Source of the DNA: Flavobacteriaceae bacterium
Lineage (GTDB): Bacteria > Bacteroidota > Bacteroidia > Flavobacteriales > Flavobacteriaceae
DNA: 64,000 nt
Reading direction: 5' to 3'
Assembly (NCBI GenBank): GCA_965662485.1
Contig: CBFIIL010000003.1
Span: 1,144 to 65,143 of the forward strand
Part shown: positions 59,284 through 64,000 of the stretch, one piece after another
Position numbering within the stretch: position 1 is the first letter of the stretch
How the letters are laid out: the number at the start of each line of letters is the position of its first letter
Notes under the pieces: model-generated
Databases searched by the model: none
Told to the model about the DNA's origin: nothing
Seen by the model: only the letters and a program-made list of their open reading frames with translations
Made by a program: the position numbers and the translations under genes

Positions 59284-60627
59284 ATGTCGTTAACACCATT
59301 AAACGCTATTTCCCCAATCGACGGACGCTACAGGTCAAAAACAAACAAACTTGCAGATTATTTCTCTGAAGAAGCTTTGATCAAGTATCGTGTTTTGGTT
59401 GAAATAGAATATTTTATTGCATTATGTGCAATTCCATTGCCGCAGCTTTCAGGGTTTGATTCTAATTTATTTGAAAATCTACGTAGTATTTACAAAAACT
59501 TTTCTTCCGAAGATGCAAAAGCGATAAAAGAAATAGAGCGTGTAACCAACCACGATGTTAAAGCTGTTGAGTATTTTATAAAGCAAAAATTTGATGCCTT
59601 AAATCTTAGCACATACAAAGAGTTTATTCATTTTGGGCTCACTTCACAAGACATTAATAATACCGCTATTCCACTGAGCATAAAAGACGCTGTTGAAAAT
59701 GTATATCTTCATGATTTTCAGGATATTATTAAAAAATTAGAAGGCTTTACTGAGGAGTGGAAATCTGTAACACTTTTGGCACGTACTCATGGCCAGCCGG
59801 CCTCTCCTACTCGATTAGGAAAAGAAATTGAAATCTTTAAAGTACGATTAGAAGAACAACTCAAAACATTAAAAACCATTCCGCATGCAGCAAAATTTGG
59901 TGGCGCAACAGGAAATTTTAATGCACACCATGTTGCATATCCAAATATCGATTGGAAAGCATTTGCTACATCATTTTTGAATACAAATTTAGGTCTTCAT
60001 CATTCTTTTCCAACAACTCAAATTGAGCACTACGACCATGCAGCGGCATTGTTTGATGCCATGAAGCGTATTAATACTATAATTATAGATATGAATCGAG
60101 ATTTTTGGACCTATATTTCGATGGATTATTTTAAACAAAAAATTAAAAAGGGTGAAGTTGGAAGTTCAGCGATGCCACACAAAGTTAACCCAATAGACTT
60201 TGAAAACAGCGAAGGTAATTTAGGTATTGCAAATGCTATTTTGGAGCATCTTGCTGCTAAGTTACCCATTTCTAGGTTACAACGTGATTTAACCGATAGT
60301 ACGGTACTTCGTAATGTTGGAGTTCCTTTTGCACATACTATAATTGCTTTTAAATCTACACTAAAAGGTTTAAATAAATTGCTACTTAATGAGCAGAAAA
60401 TTGCTAGTGATTTAGAAAAAAATTGGGCCGTTGTTGCTGAAGCTGTTCAAACTATTCTTAGACGTGAAGGATATCCTAACGCTTACGAGGCTTTAAAAGG
60501 ATTAACACGAACAAACGCAGCAATCACAAAGGGTTCTATTGCGAAGTTTATTGATACATTAGAAGTTAGCAATGACGTTAAGGAGGAGTTGAAAAAGATT
60601 ACGCCTTCAAATTATACTGGTATATAA
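59284..60627 (+). CDS. purB: Adenylosuccinate lyase
   Basis: SPIDGRY, TNHDVKAVEY, ARTHGQ, GSSAMPHKVNPIDFENSEGN. Confidence 0.97.
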   Translation: MSLTPLNAISPIDGRYRSKTNKLADYFSEEALIKYRVLVEIEYFIALCAIPLPQLSGFDSNLFENLRSIYKNFSSEDAKAIKEIERVTNHDVKAVEYFIKQKFDALNLSTYKEFIHFGLTSQDINNTAIPLSIKDAVENVYLHDFQDIIKKLEGFTEEWKSVTLLARTHGQPASPTRLGKEIEIFKVRLEEQLKTLKTIPHAAKFGGATGNFNAHHVAYPNIDWKAFATSFLNTNLGLHHSFPTTQIEHYDHAAALFDAMKRINTIIIDMNRDFWTYISMDYFKQKIKKGEVGSSAMPHKVNPIDFENSEGNLGIANAILEHLAAKLPISRLQRDLTDSTVLRNVGVPFAHTIIAFKSTLKGLNKLLLNEQKIASDLEKNWAVVAEAVQTILRREGYPNAYEALKGLTRTNAAITKGSIAKFIDTLEVSNDVKEELKKITPSNYTGI

Positions 60628-60660
60628 AAAACGCTCCGTATAGAATAGAGCGTTTTTTTT
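60626..60660. terminator. Bidirectional terminator after purB
   Basis: AAAAAACGCTC-loop-GAGCGTTTTTTTT between convergent genes. Confidence 0.78.
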
Positions 60661-60678
60661 GTAAGTTTTTTTTGTGAT

Positions 60679-61221
60679 TTAGAGCATAAAATCTAAAAAA
60701 CCATCAACATTCATTTCTTTTGTATCCAATTTGTTGATAATCGGACCGAGTTCCATGATTTTGGAGACATTCATTTCATCTCCCAAAACACGAATAATTG
60801 CAAAACCAAATTCTTTAGATTCACCAAAAATAACTAACTCATCTATAGCATCATCGTTACCAGTATACGTTATTTTGATTTTTCCTTCTTTAGGGTTCCC
60901 TAAACGCAACAACTCATTATAACTCTCATCTTTCAAAAGCTCTTTTATTTTAGTGACTTCTTCATCATATGTATCCAAACTTCCACTCTTTAAACTATAA
61001 CCAAGCATATTGAGTTTATCAATAGAATTAATGGCATCTTTTTGTGATTTAGTAACCTGAATATCATTGACTCCCAAAAAAGAAACAGGAACATCCATTG
61101 AAATAAAGTTTGGTGCTTCTTGATGATCTACAAAGTAGGTTTGTAAAGTTGGCTTTGTATCGCAACCTAGAAGAATAAAAAACAAAAGCACAAAAATTGA
61201 AGTAGTATTAAGTTGTTTCAT
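60679..61221 (-). CDS. DUF4252-like lipoprotein
   Basis: Lipobox LLGC; TLQTYFVD, FAIIRVLG. Confidence 0.75.
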   Translation of the reverse strand: MKQLNTTSIFVLLFFILLGCDTKPTLQTYFVDHQEAPNFISMDVPVSFLGVNDIQVTKSQKDAINSIDKLNMLGYSLKSGSLDTYDEEVTKIKELLKDESYNELLRLGNPKEGKIKITYTGNDDAIDELVIFGESKEFGFAIIRVLGDEMNVSKIMELGPIINKLDTKEMNVDGFLDFML

Positions 61222-61788
61222 TTATTCTTTTTTTGAGGCTTTTTTAAGTTGGTCTCCACCTGGAACATTAAGTTGAGTTGTAAGTTCCGAAACTTTACGC
61301 AAATCAATATCTCCTGTTAGGGAAAGTAAAACTGTTTCGATGATGCGTTGCTGTCCATTGATGCTAATATCTCGTTTTTCCATAGCTTTTGACAAGCCAT
61401 TAACAAGCATTAAAAGTTCAGAAACATGGTTCTCATCACTTCCAGATAGTACATAGAACTTGATGTTTTTTCCGTCATCTTTAATGCGCATCAATTCTTC
61501 TAGCGAAGAGGATTTGACGTAGCTTTCAACATCAGAAATGATGGCTTTAGAAACTTCGGCATCATCAGTTGTATAAACTGTTAGGTTGTTCAATGTTTTA
61601 ACTTGCTCCAAAAAAGCATCGGCTTCTGGATCATTAGTTTTTATTTTCATTTCGGCGAGCATGCCAAACATTTTCTGATTAACAACTACTGAACTAACAT
61701 TGTCCATGTCGTCATATTTTTCAAAAAGACTTTGTGCGAATGCCATTGGTGCAATGGCTAATAATAAAATAATTTTTAGATTTTTCAT
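61222..61788 (-). CDS. DUF4252-like exported protein
   Basis: Signal peptide AFA-Q; FEKY, LEELM, LTGDIDL. Confidence 0.78.
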   Translation of the reverse strand: MKNLKIILLLAIAPMAFAQSLFEKYDDMDNVSSVVVNQKMFGMLAEMKIKTNDPEADAFLEQVKTLNNLTVYTTDDAEVSKAIISDVESYVKSSSLEELMRIKDDGKNIKFYVLSGSDENHVSELLMLVNGLSKAMEKRDISINGQQRIIETVLLSLTGDIDLRKVSELTTQLNVPGGDQLKKASKKE

Positions 61789-61797
61789 GGTATAAAT

Positions 61798-62283
61798 TTA
61801 CTTGTTTATTTTAAAAATTTTGTTGGTTGTTGTGTTAAACGTATTGAGATATGTCATATTTTGTTCTCCTTTTTGCATTGCGTTAGAAAAAACTTCTAAA
61901 TTTTTGAGTTGGGAAGTTCCTTTGTTCAAATTATTTGATAGCAATTCTAGTGCTGTTTTTGTTTGATTATAAGCGAATATTTCGTCTTCTGAATATTGTA
62001 CTGTTGAAGTTGAATTATAGTTTAGAGCGAGACCAATCAGAATAACTACAGAAGCTGCTATAGAAAGATTTCTAAAAGAATGTATTCTTTTATTTAATTT
62101 TAAATCTGGTATATAGTCTTGTTGCTTTTCATTTGAAAAGTAGCAAAAAAGCGTCTTGTAATGTAACAGGTGTTCTGGAACGTCATTTTGTGCAAAAAAG
62201 TCGGCTAATTTTGCTTCTTGAGCGATTGAGGTTTCACCTCGATCATATTTTTTTAAAAGCTCTTCAATTGGCTGTAACTCCAT
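61798..62283 (-). CDS. Probable anti-sigma factor (single TM)
   Basis: LLKKYDRGETS N-terminus, SIAASVVILIG TM helix; overlaps ECF sigma gene. Confidence 0.68.
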   Translation of the reverse strand: MELQPIEELLKKYDRGETSIAQEAKLADFFAQNDVPEHLLHYKTLFCYFSNEKQQDYIPDLKLNKRIHSFRNLSIAASVVILIGLALNYNSTSTVQYSEDEIFAYNQTKTALELLSNNLNKGTSQLKNLEVFSNAMQKGEQNMTYLNTFNTTTNKIFKINK

Positions 62284-62779
62284 AATTATGTGCTTTAATT
62301 AATTTTTCTTTTAATGTCTTTCTTGCTCTTGAGAGCGCCACTCGAATAGCGGTTTCTTTCATGTCTAATACTTCTGCAATTTCTTTAAATTCGTATTGCT
62401 CTATATCTCTAAGTTGAATTATCAACTGTTGCTGAACAGGTAAAGTTTTTATGAATTTTTCTACTAAACTCACACTGTCTCTTACCTCTATCTTTTTTTG
62501 TAATTTTTGACTATGGTCCTCATAGTTATTGTGGGCTATTTTTAAATTTTGGGCGTATTTGGATTTCAATTTATCTAAACAATGATTTCGAGTAATTGTC
62601 ATCGCAAAAGCTTCAGGGTTTTTATATGAACCCAATTTTTCACGTAAATTCCATAGTTTCAAAAGAACATCTTGTGTGGCATCTTCTGCCTCCTCTACAG
62701 AAACCAAAAACCGTTTTGCAAAACGATACAGTTTATTTTTGAAAGGATCAATTAGTGCTATGTACTCTCTTTCATTCAT
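62264..62779 (-). CDS. ECF RNA polymerase sigma factor
   Basis: Region 2 (AEDATQDVLLKLW, TRNHCLD) and region 4 (FKEIAEVL, RVALSRARK). Confidence 0.92.
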   Translation of the reverse strand: MNEREYIALIDPFKNKLYRFAKRFLVSVEEAEDATQDVLLKLWNLREKLGSYKNPEAFAMTITRNHCLDKLKSKYAQNLKIAHNNYEDHSQKLQKKIEVRDSVSLVEKFIKTLPVQQQLIIQLRDIEQYEFKEIAEVLDMKETAIRVALSRARKTLKEKLIKAHNYGVTAN

Positions 62780-62801
62780 AAATTTGGTCCTGTTACAATT
62801 A

Positions 62802-62829
62802 TAGACGATTGTAAAATAATTTTGTTACA
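62802..62829 (-). promoter_or_regulatory. ECF-type autoregulatory promoter
   Basis: TGTAAC-N16-CGTCTA on minus strand, ~22 nt before the sigma ATG. Confidence 0.65.
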
Positions 62830-62935
62830 AAGAATAAAATTATTATATTTTTTAGTGTAAATTGTGGTACAAAATTTGCTTGATTAAAGATAAGGATATT
62901 TATATATCAAACGACAACCAAAAAATAGTAAACGT

Positions 62936-64000
62936 ATGAAAACAAAAATTAGATATATAGCTCTTACATTATTAATTGGGTTTTCATATGGTTGTTTTGA
63001 AGATAATGATGACAACACTACGGGTTCAACTAGCATAAAAGATTTTGTTTGGAAAGCTATGAATAGCGTATATCTTTATAACGCCAATGTACCAGACCTA
63101 GCGGATGATCGCTTTATAACTGAAACAGATTACAACAGTTTTTTAGACGGATATTCTTCTCCAGAAGACTTATTTGAAGACTTAGTCTTCGATCGTGAAA
63201 ATGTAGATCGTTTTAGTATAATTACCAGTAATTATTTTGAATTAGAACAATCACTTAGTGGTGTCGCCAAAAGAAGTGGTGCCGAATTCAATTTCTATCT
63301 TGTACCTGGAAGTACTACAGAAGTTTTTGGCATTGTTCGTCTTATATTGCCCAATAGTAATGCAAGCCAAACCTCACTCACAAGAGGGCAGGTTTTCAAT
63401 AAAGTCAATGGCACAACAATGACGACGAGTAATTATAGGTCTCTATTTAATAGTGATTCTTACACTATAAATTTGGCAAATTATGATGACAACAATACCA
63501 ATGATGTTTCAGATGACAGCATTAGCGATACCGCTGAAGATATTACATTAATTAAATCTATCTACACTGAAAACCCAGTATATAAAACAGAGGTTTTTAA
63601 TTTAAATAATAAAAAAATTGGATATCTAATGTATAATGGTTTTGTTGGAGAATTTGACTCAGAACTGAACAATGCTTTTGGAACATTTAAAGCCGAAAAT
63701 ATTGATCATCTTATTTTAGATCTTCGCTACAACCCTGGTGGTAGTGTAAGAACTGCAACTGCACTGGGTAGTATGATAACAGGTGGTTTTAATAATCAAG
63801 TTTTTGCAACATTAAAATACAATGAGGATTTGCAAAACAATAATTACGACTATGTTTTTACTGATGAGCTAACAAACGGTACATCTATCAATAGTTTAAA
63901 TTTGGACGAAGTTTATGTATTAACCTCAGGCGCTTCTGCTTCTGCTAGTGAAATGATTATCAATAGTTTAAAATCATATATTACAGTGGTACATATTGGA
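62936..64000 (+). CDS. S41-family (tail-specific) peptidase lipoprotein, runs off window end
   Basis: MKTKIRYIALTLLIGFSYGC lipobox; GYLMYNGF, LILDLRYNPGGSV, SASASEMII; open to 64000. Confidence 0.88.
   Translation, partial: MKTKIRYIALTLLIGFSYGCFEDNDDNTTGSTSIKDFVWKAMNSVYLYNANVPDLADDRFITETDYNSFLDGYSSPEDLFEDLVFDRENVDRFSIITSNYFELEQSLSGVAKRSGAEFNFYLVPGSTTEVFGIVRLILPNSNASQTSLTRGQVFNKVNGTTMTTSNYRSLFNSDSYTINLANYDDNNTNDVSDDSISDTAEDITLIKSIYTENPVYKTEVFNLNNKKIGYLMYNGFVGEFDSELNNAFGTFKAENIDHLILDLRYNPGGSVRTATALGSMITGGFNNQVFATLKYNEDLQNNNYDYVFTDELTNGTSINSLNLDEVYVLTSGASASASEMIINSLKSYITVVHIG

Noticed and set aside
153-60922. Many short antisense or alternate-frame ORFs in the track (e.g. 153-404, 18984-19262, 46949-47218, 55675-56094, 57161-57427)
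   Set aside because: They lie within or opposite well-supported genes, show no recognisable motifs, and are typical shadow ORFs.
1-64000. CRISPR arrays, IS elements, prophage or defence systems
   Set aside because: No regularly spaced repeats, transposase, integrase, phage structural or recognisable defence genes found by eye.

Overview
AT-rich, densely packed chromosomal segment of a marine Flavobacteriaceae-type (Bacteroidota) bacterium. The assignment rests on TAnnTTTG promoter elements, a T9SS C-terminal domain and flavobacterial gene families. Most of the window is housekeeping: ettA, a menaquinone cluster (menE/C/A/B/D/F/I) interrupted by purU, dnaK, panB, murA, recQ, fmt, tRNA-Met, hisS, rpsF-rpsR-rplI, priA, nadC, rlmH, a DEAD-box helicase, purB, and an ECF sigma/DUF4252/S41 peptidase locus. 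Two light-related loci stand out. (1) A divergent proteorhodopsin (DTE motif, green-type Met, Gly at the fenestration site) and blh pair. (2) An ~11 kb co-oriented cluster (24901-35787) with three photolyase/cryptochrome classes, folE, flavin reductase, SDR, glutathione peroxidase, TspO, an SRPBCC protein and several small proteins. The best candidate for an undescribed system heads this cluster: a 'TetR-like' gene that looks more like a COQ9-type lipid-binding protein, translationally coupled to a COQ8-type kinase, with a COQ10-fold (SRPBCC) gene downstream, in a menaquinone producer. The cluster's two putative promoters share a 22/23-nt identical box at the same distance from the -7 element. 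Other oddities are a T9SS cargo gene split by one in-frame TGA, a LytTR regulator with Glu at the phospho-Asp site, a sigma54-like promoter plus palindrome before dnaK, and structured RNA leaders. No CRISPR array, rRNA, IS element or prophage was seen. Family names come from motif recognition, not database searches.
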